Below are positions 33,301-41,300 of a stretch of 64,000 nt of DNA, one piece after another. The number at the start of each line of letters is the position of its first letter. The first letter of the stretch is position 1. The notes under the pieces were generated by a model. It had not been told where the DNA came from and did no database searches. It saw nothing but the letters and a program-made list of their open reading frames with translations. The DNA is taken from contig CM097882.1 of assembly GCA_044892505.1 (NCBI GenBank), forward strand, positions 433,318,001-433,382,000. Direction: 5' to 3'. The stretch is from Schmidtea nova (lineage: Eukaryota). The translations under genes were made by a program, and so were the position numbers.

Positions 33301-33930
33301 AATTATCTTTTTGTTTCACTTTTGATCTTTTTTAATACTAATATCAGTAATTCCCATAATGGTAAGACTGTACATCAAAATTTCTTTAAACAAGTACACA
33401 ATATTTCGGCACAGCCTTTATCAAGTGTGTATTATAAAGGCTTTGCCGAAATATTGTGTACTTGTTTAAAGAAATTTTGATCTATAGTCATCCATTATGG
33501 GAATTATTGTTATTAATAAAATAATAATAGGAATATTTGAAATGATTTTCAAAGAAAGTAGTTTAAATTCAAATTGTCTATATTTATACAAAATGCCTAT
33601 ATAAATTAAAAAATATGCAACTGTCATTTGACGGGCTTTATTGTAGTTAGTTAATAATAATATTATTAAGTTTATTACTAAAACAAAATATAATTTCAGT
33701 TACAGCAGGTAAACGAAGTTGAGCACGATACTCACGACAAGAAATATTGGATCAAAAGGGTCGGAGAGGTAGATTAAATGATTATCTTATTTTATTTCTC
33801 TTTCCATTTCAAGTTATCAGAAGAGCTCCAGCAAAGCCGAGAATATTGGTTAAACAAGGTGCAAGAAATCTCAATCAATCCTGACTTGTCCACCGTAACA
33901 GATGAGACTGTAACCACCCCATCTTCTTGA
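3012..33930 (+). CDS. PMFBP1: Multi-exon long coiled-coil protein, PMFBP1-like C-terminus (5' end not seen; parts hidden in gaps)
   Basis: GT-AG exons that splice in frame: 3012-3281, 12928-13326, 14497-14580, 14626-14721, 14778-14861, 14911-15219, 16346-16453, 19999-20154, 20199-20414, 20481-20648, 20702-21343, 23180-23431, 23488-23691, 24284-(gap 24663), 24997-(gap 25186), (gap 25793)-26047, 26095-26273, 30789-(gap 30855), 31822-32167, 33700-33768, 33814-33930 (TGA). E/K/Q/L heptad-rich throughout. The C-terminal WIQEQK|[13 protein letters not shown] resembles the PMFBP1 WxKQQKVANEKLGNQLREQ motif as I recall it. The gene structure is strongly supported; the family name is less certain. Confidence 0.75.
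3509..4104. mobile_element. Foldback element with ~200-bp TIRs, TG...CA ends and 15-bp flanking direct repeat
   Basis: 3509-~3715 is inverted at ~3895-4104. TTAGTTTCACAAGAT occurs at 3494-3508 and 4105-4119. Internal 14-bp tandem units CAGAAC(C/A)(C/T)T(A/G)GT/CTAG at 3725-3774. Confidence 0.85.
4153..4560. mobile_element. Non-autonomous TIR element, AG...CT termini, 6-bp TSD
   Basis: TIR AGGTACTTGTCTTTTAATTCACCCCAATTATT vs reverse complement AGGTACTTGTCTGTTGATTCACCCCAATTATT. TTATTC flanks both ends (4147-4152, 4561-4566). Confidence 0.75.
5330..5800 (-). pseudogene. Tigger/pogo transposase remnant
   Basis: Minus-strand frames read KGRLTLLL...[24 protein letters not shown] and [20 protein letters not shown], matching the Tigger/pogo DDE core (RLTLLL..SENPRALKN; LPPNTTSLIQPMDQGVI). 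Stops and frameshifts are present. Confidence 0.7.
6300..6497. repeat. Dispersed AT-rich repeat (related copies ~37390-37520 and ~38935-39115)
   Basis: Shared blocks such as TTTGCA(A/G)CAAA(G/A)(G/A)CTT...TTATTTATT and (T)GGTAG(C/A)A(G/A)CATTAA in three places. Confidence 0.55.
7184..7681 (-). repeat. 3' LTR (498 bp)
   Basis: Direct repeat of 10620-11122; preceded by a purine tract. Confidence 0.92.
7642..8462 (-). CDS. Truncated pol frame: Thr/Pro-rich spacer + retropepsin-like protease (DTG changed to DTD); no RT/RH/IN
   Basis: [13 protein letters not shown] (7893-7855) and [19 protein letters not shown] match the Gypsy protease FLVDTGAxxSxLP and AANGSxIxTYG motifs. The frame runs into the 3' LTR. 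Confidence 0.8.
7685..7694 (-). promoter_or_regulatory. Polypurine tract (CGGCGGGGGC) before the 3' LTR
   Basis: The minus strand reads TTCGGCGGGGGCTAT|TGTAGTG. Confidence 0.6.
8422..8466 (-). promoter_or_regulatory. -1 programmed ribosomal frameshift signal (A AAA AAC + 9-bp stem-loop)
   Basis: Heptamer at 8466-8460 directly before the Gag stop; 7-nt spacer; perfect stem GTCATCGGA/TCCGATGAC (8452-8444 with 8430-8422); the -1 frame is the open 7642..8511 ORF. Confidence 0.85.
8457..8969 (-). CDS. gag: Gag C-terminal part (in frame after a single TAA at 8970-8972) with two C-x2-H-x9-C-x3-C knuckles
   Basis: [37 protein letters not shown] matches the Gag LFLxxLPxxVQxxLA..LxxLAxxADRI motif; [18 protein letters not shown] and [18 protein letters not shown]. 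Confidence 0.85.
   Translation of the reverse strand, partial: LLKHQFLSALPYNLQTSLALVDSEDPYHLAKIADRIYALQPHKPRADNYTPPPPPSIVNATHSPENHYTCNVTKYSNYTPPLQQAQRPNHPPVTRTQNVQPTSSTPLICYFHSRFKKHAQKCCIGCASEFHNPHNPVIPICIYHHLFKNEAKSCIDGCTWHTTSYLHAKN
8970..11000 (-). CDS. 676-aa ORF: LTR-encoded leader + Ser/Thr-rich and Ig-like cargo + ubiquitin-like domain + N-terminal Gag capsid region
   Basis: ORF track. The Gag part ([51 protein letters not shown]) matches CsRn1-clade Gag. An internal Met at 9587 is a likely alternative start. Translation is not demonstrated. Confidence 0.7.
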   Translation of the reverse strand: MAFYAFFKKQQARRNLQKMEAAQIKTQRKPQSYQLNVAIKKNSNRTKEFSEHKRRMRQSITPVIATSTKIDISTIDIPERNKDSYFMKQKKINSTVKADDISAAKKEQFVLLNIFFFVLLIILAATKNGVRNPDIIYEANRIVFITSGFSQNSATSTSTGFTFGQLPSAKIDSLAPFNQNRISTETSNTLSTESTPIMFLVKKKSDAIFSSISTPSSSMSLKFIQISSIKLHIVVPSSISSNSTIFGLISKSDSKQVAANVITKFANTSITFEQFRRDDSGSYKCAVKGTTETGSTMELEASTFQPASETTFCQSVETGKRESVNYNRQSVEYSVNIVSLPEQYVIGQRFTMQCKVYPQFKTASYSCPLRTLDLGSYSCVFHSSTNGAALQLEASISQNNCNSYLGLSGERYFICIIYNIKLHNILYLYLLFLFILNFKVIFIIFLKIHKYFVQFFDTFNTSHAHNPTQSTMYNNDSFATPPTYVLTRFNHKTRQIPIFTDLRSDIATSHLLNRNEFYMTYNGFPVSSLTDIPPNAIIEIHCRVLGGVRTTIEPSYSSTSRPILFFLDPDGTPSSWFRIFGKRTSSFPKSRADYLLDSLPSELIAELAPKIANALYADNPYDDLKSLIVSKYTSSQTQALTKLLAPQNYAGQQPSLFLAQIARSNDIAIPDLSKNI
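10607..10617 (-). promoter_or_regulatory. Primer-binding site TGGTGTCAGAA (tRNA-Leu type)
   Basis: Lies 2 nt inside the 5' LTR; complementary to the ...TTCTGACACCA 3' end of tRNA-Leu(CAA). Only 11 nt match. Confidence 0.75.
10620..11122 (-). repeat. 5' LTR (503 bp)
   Basis: Reads TGTAGTGCC...GCAACTAAA on the minus strand; direct repeat of 7184-7681. Confidence 0.92.
11574..11808 (+). mobile_element. hAT-Charlie MITE resembling MER30
   Basis: TIR CAGGGGTGTCTAACC / GGTTGGACACGCCTG; 8-bp TSD GTCTAAAG/GTTTAAAG with a central TA. Internal CTGGGCCACAGTGGAA and GATAGCTGATGA resemble the MER30 consensus as recalled. Confidence 0.75.
16130..16270 (-). pseudogene. Penelope-like GIY-YIG endonuclease remnant
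   Basis: Minus frame reads [23 protein letters not shown], matching YxxxCxC...YIGETGRSLxxRxxEH. Confidence 0.45.
16589..16800. repeat. Hairpin repeat family, copy 1
   Basis: ATAATTATCTTTTTTCACCTTTGATC leader plus ~80-bp inverted arms around CAATATTTCGGCACA..TGTGCCGAAATATTG. Confidence 0.85.
17384..19224 (+). pseudogene. hAT Buster/Charlie (ZBED5/SCAND3/FAM200-type) transposase, decayed
   Basis: BED-like [50 protein letters not shown], [13 protein letters not shown], [12 protein letters not shown], and terminal KQQAQISH*. Multiple frameshifts and stops. Confidence 0.92.
19276..19355. repeat. Perfect 32-bp inverted repeat with 16-nt loop
   Basis: GTTAAATCACAAAAAATCCCCAGGTTAGTGAC (19276-19307) is exactly inverted at 19324-19355. 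Confidence 0.95.
21818..21870. repeat. (TA)n microsatellite
   Basis: Direct reading; abuts hairpin family copy 2. Confidence 0.97.
21871..22082. repeat. Hairpin repeat family, copy 2 (cut by gap)
   Basis: Near-identical to 16589-16770. Confidence 0.85.
22717..22876. mobile_element. hAT (Buster-type) MITE, 160 bp
   Basis: Perfect 14-bp TIR CAGCGGTTCTCAAA / TTTGAGAACCGCTG; perfect 8-bp TSD ATATAGAC (22709-22716, 22877-22884). Confidence 0.95.
27293..27356. repeat. (CT)n microsatellite
   Basis: Direct reading. Confidence 0.97.
31055..31507. repeat. Hairpin repeat family, extended copy: ~190-bp near-perfect palindrome
   Basis: ~31099-31291 is inverted at ~31317-31507; gaps on both sides. Confidence 0.9.
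32352..33027. mobile_element. Foldback/MITE with ~150-bp imperfect TIRs
   Basis: TTTAGGGTGAGGGGTTCGCAGAAAT is inverted as ATTTCTGCAAACTCTTCACCTTAAA; further inverted similarity at 32380-32500 vs 32860-33000. No clean TSD. Confidence 0.6.
33296..33520. repeat. Hairpin repeat family, copy 4
   Basis: Same leader and CAATATTTCGGCACA..GCCGAAATATTG core. Confidence 0.8.
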
Positions 33931-34414
33931 TACCATCTAATATCATTAAAATTGTTGCCTTAAATTAATCTAGAGTTATTTTAGATATCTATACACAAAA
34001 TTTCGCTTTCAATTTATATTTTTGATCCAGTTTCGATGATCTGATTTCGTGTCTATATCTTGATCATAAATATATTTATTTATTATTTTTTAAACTTTCA
34101 GTTTTTATCAATGATTTCATTTCTGTGGAAATGTCACAGCATTTACTCACAACATTGCGCTCTGATTTTTCACAACTTCAAGGAGATTTTATTATACTAT
34201 TATCATTTAATATTTACCACCATATTTAGATGTAATGAGGTTTAAGGGATTATTTACAAATCTAAATTTTTTTAATAAAATGTCCATAAAAACAGAAAAG
34301 TATTGGTCACAATAGCCAAGAATAAACTGTGTTTATAAAAATATTAATTGATTTAATTTGAATTATTTGTTCACAAAATTAAAGTTTAATATAATTTGAT
34401 TCTGTATTAAAAAA

Positions 34415-34982
34415 CAGGCTCGTTCCTGCGGGGGTGCAGAAGGCGCCACGGCATTTGAGCGGCCAAGTCGATGGGCGGCCGTCGACCAACTATTATTATA
34501 TGTAAAAAAAATAAAATTTAAAAAAATTGATTTTAATTTGGAGTACTAAACTGTAAAAGAAAATTAAACTTTGTCGAATTAAATAAAAGACAAGTTTTCA
34601 TAAAAACATCTAATTATTTAATGTATTTTCCAATTTACTTATATTTTTTTATATGAAACTAATAATTTCTTTTATGTTTATTGGAATAAAAAATTAAACC
34701 ATTTTTGCTGATTTACAAATTTTAGTTTCATTTTATAAAAAAAATAAAAAAAACTTTTCTCTTTTTAAAATAGCATGTTGTAAATAAATAAAAACTTTTT
34801 CTTCACTCATTTTTATTACGTTTTCATATTCTGTATTCAATTCCATAAGGGTTAATTTTTACAAGGTAATAATCCCCCATCGGGTGATCCACACATCAGC
34901 AAATTCTAATTAAAAAATTAAATTAATAGGAACTGCAATATTGTTTTTGCACCTGAGCGGCCAGCAACGCAGAACGGCACTG
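34415..34982. mobile_element. Probable hAT-type MITE
   Basis: Imperfect TIR CAGGCTCGTTCCTGCG / CGCAGAACGGCACTG; TSD not evident. Confidence 0.4.
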
Positions 34983-35429
34983 CTAAAATACTAATACGAA
35001 TTATATACTGTACAGCAGTGGTACGCAAACGATGTGCCGCGGTACATTAGTGTGCCGCAAAAGAATTCAAAATGTGCCATTAATGAGAAAATATTATTTT
35101 ATTTATAGTAAAATTATTATGGAAAATTTTAATTTGTTTTAAATTTCCCATAGTAGCCCTTTCTATTTTACTTTGAAAATTTTAATACTATGATTCAAAC
35201 ACGTTTCGTAGAATAAAGTAATTTATAAAATTTTTCTAAGTTTTTAGTGGGGTATATTATCTCATTAAATAAAATTTTAAATAATAGAAAAAAATGGAAC
35301 GGTTCTTCAACCAGACCGTGAAAACAAACGTGTTGGTTATTTTTATTGATAGATTTTAAACATATATTGTTCATCCAATTCTAATTAATCATCTCTACTT
35401 AGTTAAGAATACTGATTTACGTAGAATAA

Positions 35430-36036
35430 AAATTCCTTGTAGAAACGAGTTCCATGAAGATGAGATTTGGAACATGTCATCGAAAATCATTGATGTTGAC
35501 AATCTTTTTGCATCAAAAAGGCATAATCTGAACGGATTTCTCTGAAAAATGTCAGCAAATTAATTTCACCTACTGCAACAACATTGTAGACACATGTAAA
35601 CGTAATTGCCGAAAGCAACGTAGACTCCTTCTATGAAACCTTCAAGACGACATCCCAATCCACAAAAGCGCGGAAACAATGGTAGTACTTGAGAAAAATG
35701 GATTTTTTCTCTTAGATTACCCTCGCCACATTCTCGATCTTGCGTCCAGCGACTTATACCTATTCAGGCCCATGTAGAAACATTTTCGAGAGAAATTATA
35801 CCAAAATGTTACAGATTCACAACATAATGGACAACTTTTCTTAAAAGATCAAAGCTAAATTTTCTTCAGAAATTTCCCTTTGGAACTCTTGCATCGCTGA
35901 AGGAAGTGTGTAGACCACAATGGATCATATATTGAAAAATAAAGCCTACGTACTCTTGTCGATCTTATGGTAAAATATATTGTTCCTGTTGGTTTCCTTT
36001 AGCACATAACCCATGTACTTATTGAACGCACCATGT
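35430..36036 (+). pseudogene. mariner transposase remnant (3' part)
   Basis: PRHILDLASSDLYLFRPM matches the mariner PPYSPDLAPSDYxLF motif; terminal VDHNGSYIEK*; TIR-like TACTTATTGAACGCACCATGTA at ~36015-36036. Confidence 0.7.
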
Positions 36037-38375
36037 ATAATAAAACATTGTTTTAAAATTGTTTAAAATCAATGAAGTTATTTTAAATAGTTGAAAAATA
36101 CAAACTTTATAACAAAAACACACATGTAACACAAACAAAGCAACATACTAAATTTCTAATCAAGTCATTTTAAAGAAAATTAAATTTTATCAATAAAATG
36201 TATGTATCAAATGTCACTAAAGTTATTTTATATGAGTAAAAAATGCAAAAAAAGTTATTGAGCTAAAATAGAGTTGTATTATTTGAAAAACATGGAATCA
36301 AAGGATAATTTGAGAAGATTAACTTTAACGTAGGAAAACAAGAATTAATAGAATAAGAAAAAATCCAAAGCCTATTGAGTAAAATAAACAGGTTAAGGCA
36401 AGAGAAAAACCAGTTCGATTAACCAACTGTTGAATCGAAGTTAGCAGTTAGTGATCGTTAAATTTTAGGTATAATACACTAGTGCTATTCTTCAAGAAGT
36501 GCCGTAATAAGCACTGTAATAATCTGTGGGGATGTTGAATTGGTCGTGTCATTGTAATCTGTATAGCCATTTGTGGTAATCGATAAACAGTTATATTGAC
36601 TGAAAATTGTCATTTATCCGGTCAAATAAAGTACGCTTGAAGTCAAAGAATTAATTGATAAATTTATATTTCATTAACAACTCAATAACCCAACAAAACT
36701 AATTAAATAATTAATTAGTTATTCAACAGAATTAGTTGATAATCACTAATGTAGCAGGCGCAGTGGCTCAATTGGATAATACTCTTTTTAGAGCTCTATA
36801 GTAGCTTTTAGTAGATAATTAACCGCTTCTCGGAAACCACTGTTAGCTGAATCGGTATCGTTGAGCAAACCCTGTTGATCTTCGGATTTTGGTCAATAAT
36901 TGGCGTCAACACAAAACAGTATAGAAACCGAGACAACAAGTAGACAAGCGCCAAAAACTAGAGAAAAGTCAGAAGTCAGAGATCAGAAATCATATTACGA
37001 AAAAAGATGAGTTATTGTCGAAAAAAAATTATAAAACTTTTGTTAGAGAAAAATAGTTGTTTTATTCCCAGGTACCAACTGTCGACGGTAAAATTTGATG
37101 AGTTACTAAAAAAAGCTGTGAAAAACAAGTTAAATTTGAAAGGTACACAATCAAAGTCAAAAGCATAAGCAATCATTGATGAAAGGCGACATTGATCAGT
37201 AATACCAGTCAAAGACAATTTGTTTCCGAAAGCTATTAGTCCACTATCTAAATTTAGAGTCAATTATGAATCAAAGAGAAGGAAAAATATTCAGAGTGAT
37301 GATAAAGTTGTTACGGTAGCAAAGAATTAAACAAATAATTGTACAATTTTTTTTCTGTGAAAATTCATATTTCATTTTAGAAACTAATTAAGTGTATAAA
37401 ATGGTGATTCCCTGGTAGAAGCATTAAGTATTAAATAAATTAATAAGTGAGAAAATTTTCGATTATAAAATTATTTTTGCAGCAAAAGCTTATTTTGTTA
37501 CTTATTTATTAATTTATTTAACTAATTAAGCGACATTCACCATTCAAATTTATCAGTAAAAATGAAATTATAATGGAATAAATATTTTTAATTTAATTTT
37601 CTGAGTTGGCAATTATAAATTTGTGAAATTTATCTTAAAATTCCCATATCATCATTAACACGTTCGCAACCACCAGGCACAAATATTAGACATATGGTTT
37701 GCTCTAACAGACCAACGACTCATATTTGGGACGATGGTATAGGCATAATTATTGTATATTTTTCTCAACGAGGTTTATAGCATTTGCATTGGTATTAAAT
37801 AGTGGTCTATAGGAAGCTATGACTCGTACTTGTGACGCGTGGTCTCAGGTTTTGACTTGTGATTTATAGCTTTTACATAGTAGTAGCGAAGGGGTTAATG
37901 TGACAAAAATCACGTAATAAAATTCTCATTGGCTTTTATATATCATATATTATTCGGTTTTAATTATTTATTTAAATTATTTTAAATTATATATTAAAAA
38001 CAAAGCTTGGTGCGACAATCTAACACATCATTTCCCAATATCCACACAGATAAATGGTCACATTGATCTCATTAACAATTCAGAAATAGAAACCAATTAA
38101 ATCAAGCTGATAAAAAATATGTTTATATCTTAAATCGATGGAGGGAGAACGGGATAAATCAATGCTAGCAAGTTGACAAAACAATACATAATAAACTCCT
38201 ATCAATATTCTGAAAATCCTCAGCCAATCAAATTCATCGGAAAAATTCAACAAGCAAGTTCTAATAGAGGGAATTATTGATTTGTATTTGTAGAAAAAAT
38301 TTTCTGGACTTCAATCTTAGTTATAAATTTCTAATTCTTGTTTTCGACTGGAAATTTATTTATTTTTTTCTGTAA

Positions 38376-41300
38376 ATGTCTCTCATCGAAATCTCCGAAA
38401 ATGAGGCCGAAGTTATTTTTTGATTAAAGTAAGTAATTATTCCTATATTTTATTTCCAGTTGAATGAGGAATCATTTTTTGGGAACAAAGATATCATTGA
38501 AATCGTTTACAAAAATGATCCTCGACAATTCATGGATTTTCTCAAGGAATCGGGGCCCGACACAGATCTTAATGTGCTTGCGAAGGTGAGAATGCACTTT
38601 GCTTTTCAATAACTGACGCAGTAATTCAGCAAGGCCTCTCGTTAGCTCACATTGCTGCATCCAACAATTGCTTACAAGTACTTTCAGAATTGACTTCAAG
38701 AGGGGTTCAACTGCACCATATTGATGACGTAATTCACTGAATTATTTGTTTTAAATGTTTTCAATAATTATTCTTTAGAATTGTGAAACGGTTCTTCATG
38801 CTGCAGCGAGAAAAGCTTCGAAAAACGTCTTGACATTTTTGTTTGACAATAAAGTTGAAATAAATTTTCAAAACAAAGTAAGCAAATATAAAATTATTTC
38901 AATAAATACTATTATTAATAATATGTAATAATTGTTTCTTGGTAGCAACATTAATTAAATATTAAATAGTTAATAAATAACAAGATTAAACTTTGCTACA
39001 AAGTTTTATTAGGTCAAAATTTTCGATTATCAAATTATCCTTCCCAAGTAGAATTGAAAATCTTCAGCCAATAATACTTTGCAGCAAAGACTTGTCTTGT
39101 TATTTATTATTTATTTAATATTTATACATTAAAGTCTCTCAATAATACATCCCATATATGGAACATTAATTTTTTGGTTAAAATATTTTAAGTGGAGCAT
39201 TTTTAATAGTCAATTCAATTATAATTAGTAAATTGTAAAGCAAAAACACTTGTTGATTTATCAACGCCTCATTTGATTTATTTTAATTGGTTTTTAATTT
39301 AAAATGCAATTTTTAACTGGTTTAACTTGTAATTGGTGTAATGCCACATAAATTGGATAGACTGACAATTATCTAAGTACACGAGAGCTGAATGAGTAAT
39401 ATTATTGAGCATAATAAGACATGAAATAATAGCATTGATATTTCCAATTTTAAAATAATGTTTGATGGCTTTAAAAACTTTTATTAACTTAGAAATTTTG
39501 AATCTTTGATGATAAAATGATAAAATCAATAAATAAAATCAATATCTGTGTATTTTGAGAATTTTTATTTGGATTTTTTAACAATTTTATTTTAGATGTG
39601 ATTCTGTAATCACAAAATAAATGTATAAATATGATCAAGTTTTTATTTTATTGAATTTGCAGTTTGCCGAAGATAACAGTTAAGCTGTCGAAATATATTG
39701 CAAAAGGAAATTTTAGAAAATGGTGTTGTAGTGCCTTAGATTATAAATTTCTTTTTTTTAATTAATTAATTAATTAAAATAATTACCGAATGAGATTTTA
39801 AAAGGGCACTTTTTTCGACATCTTTCTCTCGATATTCAAAAAATGACAAGTTCAACATTTCAACATCTCAATCGAAAAGAAACCAGAAACAATAGTTTGT
39901 TTTTGGTCAAACATCATTTGGTCAAATCATTTGGTCAAACATCATCAACTATATCCACCAGTGAATCAAAATTGGCTTTTCGAAATGCCGTTTCAACTAG
40001 TTCTACTGCGAAGACAATTTACTCCAACGTAAAAACACTATCTACAAACACTGTTTCTGAAACATTGACAAAACCGTCCATTTCTGGAATCCCGTCAAAC
40101 TCAACGACAGTCCTACCAACAACTGGATTACATATTTCGTCGACAGAATCATCAAGCAATTTGTTAATTAATAAATATTATGAATTCGATTCATTAGTTT
40201 ATTGCATGTTCCTACAGATGTTCTTTTAATTATTTGAATAAANNNNNNNNNNNNNNNNNNNNNNNNNNNNNNNNNNNNNNNNNNNNNNNNNNNNNNNNNN
40301 NNNNNNNNNNNNNNNNNNNNNNNNNNNNNNNNNNNNNNNNNNNNNNNNNNNNNNNNNNNNNNNNNNNNNNNNNNNNNNNNNNNNNNNNNNNNNNNNNNNN
40401 NNNNNNNNNNNNNNNNNNNNNNNNNNNNNNNNNNNNNNNNNNNNNNNNNNNNNNNNNNNNNNNNNNNNNNNNNNNNNNNNNNNNNNNNNNNNNNNNNNNN
40501 NNNNNNNNNNNNNNNNNNNNNNNNNNNNNNNNNNNNNNNNNNNNNNNNNNNNNNNNNNNNTGAAATATGTTTTTATTAAAGTAATGATTGTTTAATGATC
40601 ATTTGTTTAAAACAATTCCATCTCAATTAGAATGGCGACACTCCATTGCACTGTGCTGTATCGGAAGGCAATTTAGTTGCTGTTGATTTGCTCTGTAAAG
40701 CCAATTGTAAAATAAATCTACGAAACAAAGTGAAATTAGATTTTGTTTTTGAAATATGTTTCATGCAAAAGTTTAGAATGGGGAAACCGCCCTCTGTTTG
40801 GCGGTAATTCTGGGGAAATTGGACAGCGCCCAAATCCTCCTCAATCATAAAGCTGATGTGAATGCAGAAGACAAAGTAAATTATAATTTACAAATATTAA
40901 TTAATAATTAATGTAGAATGCTTATACTCCTCTTCACCATGCAATTTGCCGACATCAATCAACTATTGCACTGATGTTGATCAATTCTGGGGCCCACGTC
41001 AACCAACCGGATTTAGTAATAATATTGTTGCTTTTGAAATTGTAATATTTCCAATTTCTCTCTAGGACCGAAACACCCCCCTTCATTTAGCCACAAAAGA
41101 GGGTCAACTACCGGTTGTACAAGCTTTATGTGCCTATGGTTGCAGAGTTGACAGCTACAACAATGTAATTGAATTTATCTTCACTCTTACAACCTTTGCA
41201 TGTTTGAGTAGGAAGGTTTCACGGCCCTACAAGTTGGAGCTAGGCTAGGATTGCTTGATATAGTAAGATGCCTATTATTAGCAGGTGCAAGTCCATTTAT

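Noticed and set aside
36757-36780. GGCGCAGTGGCTCAATTGGATAA, resembling a tRNA-Arg 5' half / box A
   Set aside because: No anticodon arm, T-arm (GTTCRA) or acceptor-stem partner follows.
36750-37300. Possible LTR + PBS (TGTAGC...TGGCGTC) and gag-like remnant
   Set aside because: No second LTR, no CA end, no TSD, and the translation is too degraded to assign.
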